Shown: one piece after another, positions 28,626-41,200 of the stretch
How the letters are laid out: every line of letters starts with the position of its first letter
How positions within the stretch are numbered: the first letter of the stretch is position 1
Source: Perkinsus chesapeaki ATCC PRA-425
Taxonomy: Eukaryota; Protista; Perkinsozoa
Assembly: GCA_013115145.1 (NCBI GenBank)
Contig: JAAPAO010000002.1
Span: 1-63,976, forward strand
Length of the DNA stretch: 63,976 nt
Direction of reading: 5' to 3'
Notes under the pieces: generated by a model
Told to the model about the DNA's origin: nothing
Databases searched by the model: none
What the model saw: the letters and a program-made list of their open reading frames with translations, nothing else
Made by a program: the position numbers and the translations under genes

Positions 28626-31600
28626 ATGAGACAGCAGTTGATCAGTTCACCAGAGATTAGAAGGCACGGTGAAGATACTATCAAATTCATTGCTAGGTAA
28701 CACGTACACTGATTTCGTCCAAATCATTTTAATAACCATCTTCACTATCGTAGGCTTCTCGCTGGAGCCAATACTAATGGATATACGACAGAATCTACGG
28801 GATCGCTTAGAAATTTAGGTGAGGAACTTCCATCAAAGGCGCATCCCTCAATACTTCTCGTATTCAGGTATTGTTCCCCTAAAGGGACGAGAATGGGGGG
28901 AAATAATGTCGATGATTGAAGAAAACATTTTACCTAGAATACGGAAAGAACAGCTGAGAAAGCTGGAAACGCCATGGAATATCAGTTCAACAAGTGAACG
29001 TTTTCTCTTATTGCAGCTCAAACCTTGAGGCTACTTTGTGACAGGTACGCCAGCAATCTTATCCGACACCCTCGTTAATGCCCTAGCTGCTGTTGGGATC
29101 CAGTGGGGAGCTAGTCCGGTAGGCCAATGCTGAACTCACAACAGTTGGACTGAGTCAAGTACCCAATGGTACGCTTGCAGATTCTGACCGAGATGGAAGT
29201 AGTTGTGATGGACACTTTGGCGACTACTTTGGGTTTGGGAGAGGATTTTCGTCACTCTTCTGGGAAGGGCGGTGGAGTGGTAGTACTCCGGTAGATTCGG
29301 TATATTTCCGGTCAGATGGCGTCGCGGCGCGCAGACCCGCTTGTTTTGCCAGATACAGAACACGACCGCTGATGCTCTTCTTGCTGTCATAGCTGCAGCG
29401 AGAGTGAAGCGTCGGCTTCAATCATACCTGGGAGGCGACTGTTCATACCAGCGGTCTAAACAAGTGAGGCTATACCGGTGGATTGCCGTATGTACAGCAC
29501 GCATCCTCAATCCGTCCTGCACATCAGGTTCTCTCGGATGAGCGGGAAGCAGAGAAAATCTACTTCGATGACCTGGCTTCAATTACTATGTACGGAGCTT
29601 CGCTCTCTGAGAGCAATCCTGCTGGGATGTTTAGTAAGGTACGGCTCAGTCAGTGGCAATATTGCTCTAGACAAAGCGTGTTCAGCCGCAGGAGTGGATT
29701 TGCACAAAGTAGCGTTACTGTTACGACTTTTGGGTTATCCTCGCTGATATTGTAGGTGCCAACGGGTGCCGATCTCTCTATGAACACGAATGAACTTAAG
29801 CGCATGATTGCTGAAGATAAGTATTGCGAACCTACTCTCGTCTAGTCTGAAGTCTCGGTTATGTAGGCAACAGAGCCGCGTTCCTGCCCTTTGTGTAGCA
29901 ACTCTGAGTAATGAACATGGCAAAGCGAGCGATGATATCCAAGCTCTGGCAAATATGTGGGTTGCTACCGGTCTCACTGCGTCCAGCATTCCTTATCCCA
30001 GATGCAAAGCCGAGGGCATGTGGCTTCATATCGAGGGGTCCTTAGGTGGAAGTGCCTTGTTTCTTGAGGACAATGAGAAGGAGAGGATGAGTGTATCCAA
30101 GGTGAATAACGCAATGGCTGACAACTCGGCATCATCCACTCCGCAGTACGCAGACTCATTCAATATGAATGGCTCGTCGTGCTTCCCCATGGGGTTGGAT
30201 ATGGAGTTTCTATGGGTTAAGGTAAGCCTCACCATTTGGTACCATCGCCAGCTCAATTGAGAGAAATTTCTACAACCACCCATAGTAACCGGGCTTGATT
30301 GAGTCATCTGTGCCATGTAAGGACAGTACAAGCATGATAACTGCCTTCGCTGCAACTGGAGACTACATGCCACATATGGAAGAAACGAATGACGCTCCAT
30401 ATCTAAGCAAATGGTAAGCACCTCGGACCATATGCTCGAGAAAGTATTGCTCCTGCATCCTTAGGGGCATCCCTCTGGGCCGTCAGTTTCGTTCGCTGCG
30501 ATTATGGGCCATTTTACAGAATTATGGACTATACGACATAAAAAACTCCTTGAAGGACAGACTAAAGTGGGAATACCTCAGGGAGTAGCAGCTATGGTTT
30601 TCTGTAGTACCATTACGAGTAATGACACTGACCTTCAAAGAACACGCGTTACAGACCAGATTGACAGGATCGAGAACCTCGAAGAGGATGGGCTTCTGAC
30701 GGTGGATCTCATAGCGCGGTAGTAAAGCCCGACGTTATTTCGTTGAGTCATGATTCATGAGTCATGAACTCTCTTTGGTTTCTTTGGCGTGTTTGGAGCG
30801 TTACGACGAACTCGTTACTTTTACGGCTCAGATACTTCGACACGCTCAGCAATCGACCGGTTAGAGACAGTGCTATTAAGCCAGGAAGTTGCGCCGCCGC
30901 TTTGCGTCAAACAGGTATGTTGTTCTCCGGGGTTCATACTGTAAAATGGCGCTTGATGCTTCATCCTTCTGCCGGCGTGATAACGTTACCCGCCCACAAA
31001 AATTCGGAACTGGGTTCATCGACCCATCCTGCTCACTTGTAGCCTTTGCAGATATCCTTCCTGATCGGGGACGCCAGTGGAACGAGATACTGCAGGACAT
31101 AGAACGGTTTGTGGTCCCTGGGATATGTCACTGGCAGCATCCGAAGTTTCTGGCGTTCTTCCCATCCAAAACAAGTGATACATTCTCGGCAATACCCACC
31201 CATTCGCTTAATCCACTGGGTGTCAGAGATATGTCGTATACTGAAGATAGCTTTGTTTGTCGCAAGGTAACCCAGCAATTCTGTCAGAGGCTATCACAGC
31301 AGCTATTGGCGGCGTAAGCGCTGACCCTACTAATGACTCGGTGAGCTCGGTCGGCGCTAATGGTAACGTGTAGGATTTGGCTGTTGTAGGTAGAGGATAT
31401 GATAGAATCCATAGTTATGGATGGACTGGGTGAAGCCTTCCACTTGGGGAAAGACTTCTTACATCGATCGGGAAAGGGTGGTGGCATTGTATGTGCCCTA
31501 CTGGTGAAGCGCGGTCAAGAAGACGTTGCCCCCTTTATCAGATACAAAATACAGCCAGCGATGCCTTAGTGGCCGTCATAGCAGCTGCGCGTACTCGCAT

Positions 31601-33341
31601 GCAGGTAAGATTACGGTTGAATCGTGGTTCGCCGGGGCACGCTGAGCCAATCGGGGCTCAGCGCGGTGCCAATACGCTCTTATGCCAAATCCCACCTGTG
31701 TTGTCCCTGAGCCTCACTTACGCATTACTTGTTGACATCAGGTACTTAGAAGATCATACGATTCGGAGAACGGGCGAAATGTAGACATGTCCAAGTTTGT
31801 TGTGTAATAAAAAACAGCACTTTCCAAGTTTGTTCCTTAGTTATGCTAGGCTGAGGACTAGGTTTGAGATTCAATATCATATTTGGCGAGCTACACTGAT
31901 AATACTGTATAAGTATTTGCTTTGTGTTTTGCCAGATACATGTCTTCGCAAACACATTTCTCTTCTGAAAAGGCATGCCGAGCTGCTGGTGTTCGACTTC
32001 GAAAGGTGGGTCCCCGGTCGTAACTTCCGCTTCAATAGATTTCCAGATTCCGTGCATCTATGAGAAGAGCAACTTCATTATGGATGTGGACCTCATGGAG
32101 GAAGTCATATCTAGAGACAAGTGAGGCAGCAGGAGGCAAATCATCCATGCATTTCACTCACCGTCAGAGAGATCGGCTTGATACCAATCCTTTGTATTGC
32201 CAACTATGGAACGACGAACACGTGTGCAATAGATCCACTGAAGAAGCTAGGGCCCTTGTAAGTACAATGCCATTTGACCATTGGGAAAACTACTCCGCTG
32301 AAATGTGTAGGTGCAGAAAAGAAAATATGTTGTTACACGTGGACGCCGCTTACGGCGGGGCTGCCTTGATTCTCGATGCTTTCAGAGAAGATGCTGATAT
32401 GATTTGCAGCGTAAGTTTTGCCTGCATATTGCATTATGATTGTACATGCTAATAGTCCCTCGAAATATGATCATCGCATTCATGGTTACTCACAGCGAGT
32501 TTTCAATCTCCTTCAGAATGCAGATTCCGTCAATATCAATGGGTCCAAGTGGTTCGGTGCTGGCTTCAATTCCGCATTCCTATGGGTGAAGGTGAGCTCA
32601 CGGAGCATGAGGGGCATGAGCATCGACTCCAACCAGTGATACTTCCCTGTATTCTTTCAGGACCGGCGCAATTTAGTTAGAACATTTGGAGCTCCTAATC
32701 TGACAGTGAATTCGAAACCGACCGGAACTGACAATGAACGGCCGAACTTGTCATCCTGGTAAGCCTCGTTTTCGACGGATCAATCGATATTGATACACGG
32801 CTTTCCTTAAGAATCACCCACAATCGCGCAGCCAGTGCACTAGTGACCTGTTAGGTCATTACCGGTATACAGTAAGTTCAGAGCGCTACGTATTTGGGCT
32901 ACGATACAATACTTCGGTATTGAGCAGCTGAGGGCGAACGTAGCACACGATATAAACTGCGCAGTACGTTTCCGAGAACAGCTAGCTGACGAAGCTCTCC
33001 AGGTTGTTAAGCAATCAGTCATCCATGTGATCATACTACTTGTGCCTATCTCAGGGATGTTTGAGCTTCCCGGTGACCAACCCCTTTGGTCTTGTCTGCT
33101 TCACGGCTTTGCCCAATACCTTGAACGATGACATTTTACGGTATACCGAGAATTGCGGATTTATGATGTAGGCTAAATGTAGAAGTGCAAATATGGCAAA
33201 GAGTCCCGTGCCACCAGGTTTCCTTCCAAGCTTCCTGATGGTTCGCCTATAATCAGAGTAGCTTTCGGTAGTCCGTTGACGACGTTCAGCCATGTCGATG
33301 AGTTATGCGCATGTATCAAAGATGCCATCCGTAGCAGCTAG
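28626..33341 (+). CDS. Tandem-fused group II PLP-dependent decarboxylase (aromatic-L-amino-acid decarboxylase family): degenerate unit A (28626-30566) joined in frame to complete unit B (~30670-33341)
   Basis: Unit A: IRRHGEDTIKFIAR, IQWGASP, GKGGGV|IQNTT, HIEGSLGG, NGSSCF, WGIPLGRQFRSLRLW. Unit B: GLLTVDLIAR|YFD, HWQHPKFLAFFP, GKGGGI, QTHFSSEKA, HVDAAYGG, NGSKWF, KFRALRIW, FGLVCF, IIRVAFGS. Every unit A exon and the A-B junction splice in frame via GT-AG; stop at 33339-33341. Confidence 0.9.
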
Positions 33342-33733
33342 CGGTTTCTGCTTTATTGCATTCCCGTTTTTGGGTTTCGATGGTTTTTACCATTCTGCGA
33401 ATCCACAGTTAGACACGGAGGCAGGACCTTTGAATACTCAATGTCGTGTTGAGAGTGCAGGCGAAATCCCACGACCACCTAGCACAAGGTGAGCGGGACT
33501 GACTTGACAACGTCTCGGTGCGCGGCATTCGCCTTCACGATCAACACAACAGCAGAGCTAGTTCATGGGATAATCATCGGGTCCCAGCGAAAATAGGACA
33601 CGACGCAACTAGACAAATAGATAAGCCGAGAATCGACATCCACAATCGTGCGTCCCATAACATACCACAACATCCAACGCGAAACGCTCAAATTCCAGGG
33701 TGAAAAATAGTAAAAAGCTGACCGAACATAAAT

Positions 33734-35678
33734 CTATATACTGTAGTGCTTAGTGCATTCGATCTCCACCTGACGATAAAGAATCTTCGCAAGACGTGTC
33801 GCTTCCGTAGGGTTTGGAGCCACGAAGATGATGTCGACCAACCAGCTGGGTTGACCCTCCTCTGGTCCAACAATTTTTTCACCGGCAGCAACCATGGGGC
33901 GGGCGACCTTAACATCCGCAAGAGGCCAATCGAGCCATTGACTCAGAAACCCGAAGTCATCGATACGCCCACTTTTTGGTGCATTAACAGATAGCCAGGC
34001 CACAGCTCCGTTCGGGTTCTCCGAATCATGAATCGGGATAGCCGGGATCCCAACAGATAGTAGCATAGCTTGAATGGCTAGGTCAACTTTAAATGCCAAC
34101 TTGTGCACGATCCACACTGGGCCGCCACCCATTCTAGCATTGATCTCTATAAGGCGAGGCCCCCGACTTGTATACTTGCCTTCAACATGGAATACACCCT
34201 CTTCAAAACCCGTAGCTTTCAAAGAGTCCAGCGCCATTTCTTTAAGCTCCGCTACGTGCTCCTTCGGAAGCGCGCTTGGCAAGATACCCCAGGTTTCCGC
34301 AAAGTAAGGTTCCATAGTGGGACCATTGTCATGTATTCCGCAGTAGGTGCAGCCGAGTCCAGGGGATAGGACAATATCAATATCGACCTCCTGGCCATCC
34401 AAGTACTCCTCGAACACGACTGATGTATTAATACACTTATCCGCCTTTACTGAACTCGCCTTGGAGCCAACGGCCACAGTATCGCGCTCTAGGGCTCCAG
34501 AGTTGACAACGAGCTTAGAGAGCACCCTTTGGACTTGTTCGTAAACCTTGGAAACATCGTCAAGGCTAGTGACCTGAAATGCAACGACGTATTCTTCTCA
34601 ATTCGCCAGGTCCGTAACACAGGTAGAATAAATTTATTCTCACCTTCTCAACACCTAGTGAAGCAGCGCCCGACACTGGTTTCATAACGGCAGGGAGTCC
34701 AACATGTTGAACAGCTCTCTCGAGATCCTCGCTTGACCGAACGAGGTAATGCTGAGAAAAGCCGCTGTAGTACGAACGTACACAATACGAGTAATTCTGC
34801 AGAGTCGCAACGGTTCTTACCTTAACTCCGGGGAGTCCAGCTTTTTGTAGGGCTTCCCGAGTCCTATGTTTGTCACGGACTGTGTCAACAGCGGAAGGGG
34901 TCGGTCCACGCATTCCGAGAGACTCGGCCAATCTCGCCACCACAGGAACAGATAATTCTACCATTGTACAAATCCCATCCGCGCCGCATACTAAAGGATC
35001 TTCCTTCAGGTCAATAACAGCTTTGAATGCTGCTTGAAAAATAGTTTCAGAATCTTGTGACATGTCAATAGGGATGAATTTGGCAATTATACCCTCGGTG
35101 AGTAGAGACTCAGCCCAAGAACCGGGTGAGTCAATAATTACAGATTTGACACCAAGCCGTTCGGCAGTCTCATAAACAAAGCGCTTACCGGGGTATCCAG
35201 CTGAAAAGAAAACTATACAGGCTCCTTTGAGAAGTTGCATTCTCAAACTATCCCCCGCCGGCCCACGGGTGAACAGAATCTCCGGTGGGATCATTTTGAG
35301 CATTTTGAAGGTAGCCGTTGGTAGCATCTGACGCGCGATTGAGTGCCGCTTCTCTTCTGTCATTGGGGTTGGCAAGGACCCCGGAGCATCCAGCATTTGC
35401 TCAGCGTAGAAAACACTTTCCATACCAGGATGCGAGGTACCAACGGAGAACTTATCGGTATCAATACAATCGTTACCGGCCGTACAAGTCTCAAGACCTG
35501 ATAGCTCGAAGACATAATCGTCGAGCGTTAATTCTTCAACGTAGCCAGTTTGCTCTGCCGACGAAGGCCTTGAAGTACGTGGTGATGACCAGGTGCCCGG
35601 ATTGGGCCGATTCAGCGCAACTTTGAGAGCATCCTCCATTGAACAAAAAGGAAATGCTACTACAACCAGATGCTTCAT
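33734..35678 (-). CDS. ATP-grasp amino-acid ligase, carnosine-synthase (CARNS1)-like, 3 exons
   Basis: IVFFSAGYPGKRFVYE, VRDKHRTREAL, AVMKPVSGAASLGVEK, FEEYLDGQEVDIDIV, GVFHVEGKY and LIEINARMGGG are ATP-grasp motifs of the CARNS1/L-amino-acid-ligase type. Confidence 0.9.
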
Positions 35679-36050
35679 TTCACATGTTACTAAACGGTCT
35701 ATCTAGGAATTAGGCCCGACATACAAAATCCCCACAACACTAACAATACGTGGGTCGGATAGAGATCTAAACCCGGTAGTGATACGACTGAACACATCTA
35801 CTTTACTGATCTATGACCTGATACACGCAATCCCACAAATAATCTTACGGCATTCATAGGTCCCTTGCAAAATACTTCGAACGCAACGCGATTAATTGGT
35901 ACATAATATCCTCCCATACACCCATCCAACTATATCAAAAATCCTTCTCAAATGGTTCCGACCGAGGCGTCATTGCCCCGGCCTGTACTGGTGATAACAG
36001 GTAACAAGACTGGCCGTCTCGCTATATAAAGAATAATATTAAGCAGCACC

Positions 36051-37016
36051 CTAATGGGCTGGTGGGATATGGATCTGGTCCGCATAGCCCCACTTGAGAG
36101 CACGACGGCGAGCTAACCACTCGGCGAATCGATGATGATCAAACCTAACGAGCCAATATTTACGTGCTACATACACCCGCAACTAGGTAATTAGAAGAAG
36201 CTCTCAAGCTCGGGTTCGAACAAACAGATTCACAGGTGGATACCACAGTAGAGATGCACTTACACTTGTCCGAGGTAGATCGAATCAAAGTCCCTGAAGA
36301 ACTCCTCATGGTCCATAACATTCTCCTGAGGCTCTCTTTGACGTTCCTGAAGCAAGTAGAGTTACCATTGCATACATTGCCGGTCGCGTAACCTCACATT
36401 GACATAGATCCAGAAGATAGCAATGTTAATGGGAATGAACCTCACCAAGTACACAAAGGCATGGTAGTTGGACTGCAGGAATGCAGTGAAGAAGCCATAC
36501 CAACCAATGCGTTCACGATAACCCTGAAAACAGTGGCTCCATGGCTAGCATAGGTCTGAGGATGGGTAAGATACCTGGAGGTTGAAATGCACATCAGGAT
36601 CTATCTTGATAAACTTGTCCGGGACACCACCACCACACCAGAGAGGCCAATGAGGCATACCTGGAGAGCTAGTTTAATATCGTCCTCTCGGGGGACCTAC
36701 CTGTGATTGCCTGGCCCTTAGTGAAGCTGTAACCATGGTCACACCAATCAGCCATGATACCGTAACCTTTACCACCCCTAAAAAGAACTAATTCGGCTAT
36801 CGATAGAAGGAAATGTAGTACACCAGATACGAGAGTTGTCGTCAGCACGAAGAGAAGCCAGACTTACAATCTTTTGGCGCCACCGCCTGCGAATCCACTT
36901 GTAATGGCACCGCGGGCCTTCTGATTAGGCCCTCCAATGAGGGGGTTCTTAACAGCCTCGCACACGCGTCTTGGAACGATACTCTGCGGGCACGCAGCGC
37001 GACGCAATAATGACAT
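36051..37016 (-). CDS. Mitochondrion-targeted conserved myzozoan protein, probably a lineage-specific cytochrome c oxidase subunit (ApiCox/Cg8-like); about 6 exons, ~200 aa
   Basis: Spliced MSLLRRAACPQ...GFAGGGAKRL|GGKGYGIMADWCDHGYSFTKGQAIT|GMPHWPLWCGGGVPDKFIKIDPDVHFNLQ|GYRERIGWYGFF...FWIYVN...QREPQENVMDHEEFFRDFDSIYLGQ|VFDHHRFAEWLARRRALKWGY...*. It has one TM helix and an Arg-rich leader. The family name is from recall only. Confidence 0.6.
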
Positions 37017-37108
37017 TGCCACGAATAGATGCCAGCTACTCAAGATAATAATAGCACCGCAGCAGCAGTACGTGACGGGATCCAATTGAGAAAGGTGAGC
37101 ACGCCCGA

Positions 37109-37891
37109 TCATGCGCAAGGCGAAGCGAGGATCAGCGGAGCGATGCGCGTCATGTTATACGCTTTTGGCCAAGCAGCGCACAATATTTGGTGAGATTTTT
37201 TAGATGAACATAAACGACTTAGAGCCACCACAACAGTCCGTAATTCTGGAATGTAGTGAGCAGTCCACTGACCTGGATCTCGTGGGCTATGTAAAGAACC
37301 GCGGGCAGATGAAATGGCCGGAGACTGCAGCACTCCAAGTAAGAAGGGCTCACCTCATTTTTAACTTCGATTGACCCTGGGAACGCTTTAGTTTTGCTAC
37401 GGGGAATTTGACGGTGGCTGCCCTGCGGTTCCTCTGGCTAACCTGGCTCCCGGCGAGCTAGCCCAAGTGGTCATCGACCTTCGCGAGCTATCAGGGGCAA
37501 CTGATGGGGTGCAACACTTGGTATGGTGCATTGTAGATTCCGCAACAGGTGAGATATCCTCCTGGAGATACCCCTTACTGTATACTCCTTCGTAGGCGAA
37601 GTATTGGATCAAAATCAGCTCATTGAAGTTTTTATTAAATTTACACACCCTCCTGCAAACGATGAAGATGGATGTAATTCTGCTCGGCCAATGCTTTTCT
37701 ATGGAGATTACTCCCGGTCTTTGGATGCAATTCAGATACCTTTCTAGACGACCTTGAGACTTCGTCGACAAGTTCAAGCTTCGTAGTCCCGTCAGAAAGC
37801 TCCTCGAGCAGCTCGTCGTGGATGATTTATAGAGGTAACACTCGTTTCCTGTGCTGTACGAACGGATGCCTACCAGCAAGCACAATGTCAT
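37109..37891 (-). CDS. Hypothetical protein
   Basis: ORFs 37397..37891 and 37109..37333 contain intron-like segments. No recognisable motif. Confidence 0.25.
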
Positions 37892-38206
37892 TCATCAACA
37901 TTCTTCTGCTATATCTCAGACCTGGACGACGACTGGGGAGTTGGCTGTTCTCCCAGTGACATTGACGAGGGCTAAATTAGACAGTCACATAGTAATCTAC
38001 ATGCATGCTGTCACCTGACTCCAGTCAGGAAGTGCACTCGATTTTGCCTTTTTACTATAGTTGTTGATTCTAAAGCATATTTTTATCTTGTTGAAAACAG
38101 CACAAGTTTTGTTGAGTAAGGGTAACAAGTGAGATCTCCTATTTACAAATGCTTTGCCATATGGTGAAAGGTATTTGAAGATCTTGTTAATTCCTAATAC
38201 GAATGC

Positions 38207-41200
38207 ATGGCAAATCGTTCATGTGTTCGCTGTATATGCACGCATTCACGGCCGATCCATCTGCGAACCTTGGCTACGATGAGTTTGACCAGTAAATACG
38301 AGAAGCATGTGCAAAAAGGTGTACGAAGGACGATTCCCAAAATCCCTTCGCCTGAGAGCGTCGGCATTACCGAGTTCATTGGCAAGGAGCGTATTGGCGG
38401 AACTCTCAAAACTCATGTATCTATCTGTCACGACTACGCTTCCAGTGACACGCGCTGGCAGGTCCGAGACTTCCAAGTTCGAGAGGTTGGCATTGATGGC
38501 AAGGTTGCCCGAATGTCTGGGGAACCTCTGCTGAAGGGGTGGGCAGTAGTCGAGAAAGAGATGACAAAGCAGAAAATGCATATGTAGCCGGCGCATGACT
38601 TAGGCAGCACTCTTATCTGTCTTCGCATCAGACTACATGACTTTGACGACGAAGCTCAGGCGGAACACGCTGATGGGATACGGGACGGTTACAAAGGGGA
38701 TGAGGCAACATCCTTTTTTCACCAAGGGTGAGTATGTCGAATTAGAGCCCTAGGAGTTGAACACAAGATACCAATTGCTCAAGGCCTCCTACGGGAATGA
38801 ATTCCCATCAGCTTTAACGTATTTGTTGCCTATAATCCCAGGTATGATATGGGTCTCCGAGAGGCCGAGGATTTCATAAAGAGAAAATGTGGCATTCCTG
38901 CAGTAGGCAAGATGCAGCGCTTTCTCGCTGAACCGCGGGTGAGCCTTGCGAACGGTGTCGGTTGTCGCTGCTAATTTGGAAGGGTCATATGCAGACAAGT
39001 TGTGGTTCTATAGGTTGCTATCGGAGGCGGATATGTAGCCATGTGTTGTTTGGGGAAGAAGGAGCTTACACCTAATGAGCTGGTTAAGTTGAAGGGAGCA
39101 TTGCTCAAGCGTGGAACAACGTCCAAGGTACTCATATTGCCATTCGGTCGATAGTCCACACCAAGCATTAGGTCATGTTTGCTGTAGCAACGAAGTTCCA
39201 TAGTGAGAACCTAGAAATTGGGATAGTTGTCAACGCCGAACTGAATCTTCAATTGCGGAATGTCATGGAAGATGAGGATGCCAGGAGGTTGTTACGGTTC
39301 TTTGTCGCCGGGTACAGCGTTACAACGACGGGAAGGATAGCCTCGTTGGTTATACTGTTCAATCAGATACTCGTCTGAGACGCTGACTTTATGTTTTCGG
39401 CAACGACTGAGAAGGTACAAGTCAGCAAGTGAGCTTCTACAGGCATTCAAAGAGGCGACCAAGGGCACCCTCAGAGACTTGGACTTCGAGTTATTTGGTG
39501 AAGACAAGGAAGTGAGCTCTGATATGCCAGTCAGAAGAAACAGTCGTTTGTTAGAATAGCTTCACGGTTATCGCACGATGGACGCGCGAATATACCCAGT
39601 TGAGTTTGTCCGGAGTGTCTCGCTGGAGGCTCGTCCTTGAGAAGCAAAATGTGGATCTACAATCCTTCCTTCTCAAGCTGGAACAGCGTCTGCGGCTTCC
39701 GCGTGACTCTGTCCATTATGCCGGACTCAAGGACAAACGTGGAATTACACACCAGTAGGAGGGTGTCATCTATCAAGGTATATATAAAGTTCACAATTGA
39801 CTAGGTTTGTGAGTGTTCCCGCAACGCATAATGAAGGGGAGATAAGGTCCGCTGTACAACAGCTCAATGAAGATATGGACGGCACGGGCTCTGTGAGGGT
39901 CGATAGCTTCCAAGCCGATAATACTGGGCGGAAATTGAGATCTGGAATGCTGATGGGGTAGGGACATATCATGTTCAACAACAGCTGATGAGTATGGCTT
40001 TAGCACTGCTGGGTCTTTGTCAGTAACTGGTTTGGTCTTCGAGTCCGGGGAGTCTGTGGAGCTGCATCCAAAAAACTGTCCTCTTTAAGAAGTCGCGGGT
40101 TTATTAACTACTTTGGACAGCAGCGGTTTGGATTTCAACTTAATGGACTATCTAGGCCTGTAGTCCGGGAGGGACACTTGGAGTCCTACCACGGGAGTTC
40201 TACGCGAAGGTATATCTGCCTTCTTAGGTCTCTATTGGTGGAGCTCTGCTAGCTGGTGATATGAAACGGGCGCTGCAACTCTGGGCCTGGCCCTTGGATG
40301 AAGCTGACAGCTTCATCAATGAGGTGAAAGGCCACTACTTCTTCAGACAATGCGCTAATACGACTCAGATATACCAAGAGTGGGTGAGCGACGATCGGGC
40401 ATCAAAAGCATTAAAACGGCTGAGTACACTACCGGGGCACTCCCAAGACAAGTTTAAGCTGTAAACTAGGCAACTCAAATCTGCAGAATCGAGCTGTGCT
40501 GTGCTCAGATGGATAAGGTTACTCGAGCTTACGGGTGATGGTGGTGACGAATCAAAGTACCGTGATGCTGTGAAACAGCTGAATCTCCCTAAAGTTATGC
40601 TCCATCTATTCCCAACGGCATATTCGGCATGTCTATGGAACCGTTTAGCTAGCAGGTAGCTCTCGATCGCCCGATTGAACTTTTTGGGGCGGCTGCCTTC
40701 GCGGGCACAAACGTGGGAAAGTGATAATATCGTGTACATTGCTCCCAGACGTATTCGCGATGGGGGCCTTACGGTAAATGTTGGTGACCTGGTGGCTATC
40801 GCAGCTGGTGACGATTTCGAGAAGCTGAAACGTGTGGAGTTGGAGCAAGAAGCCACACAGTGAGCGGCAGTTGTCGAGGGGTAATAGGAGACATTCTATT
40901 CGTCAGGTATGACATTACTGATATACGATTACCACAGTTAGGCTTGCAGAGAGAAGGCATCTGTCCTATGGCGGCAGCCGGTGTCCAAGTGGATCGACTG
41001 TAAGTGATAAGTTACAATACTGTTATAGAATTTCACAATACTATACAAGTCTATTGAATAAAATGTGGAATATTCTCCTGCCGTGGTGGTCAAGTTCTTA
41101 GAGTTTTACCCGTAAGGTACAAGGAGCTTGTCGAGGACTCGGTTCAGCGAGGCGAGGCCCCCCCGTCGGCACGTGAAGGGCTCAGTCACGATCTGACTAT

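Noticed and set aside
28626-30566. Decarboxylase unit A as a pseudogene
   Set aside because: All exons splice in frame without stops, intron positions are conserved with unit B, and the loop Tyr and WxIPLGRxFRSL motif are retained.
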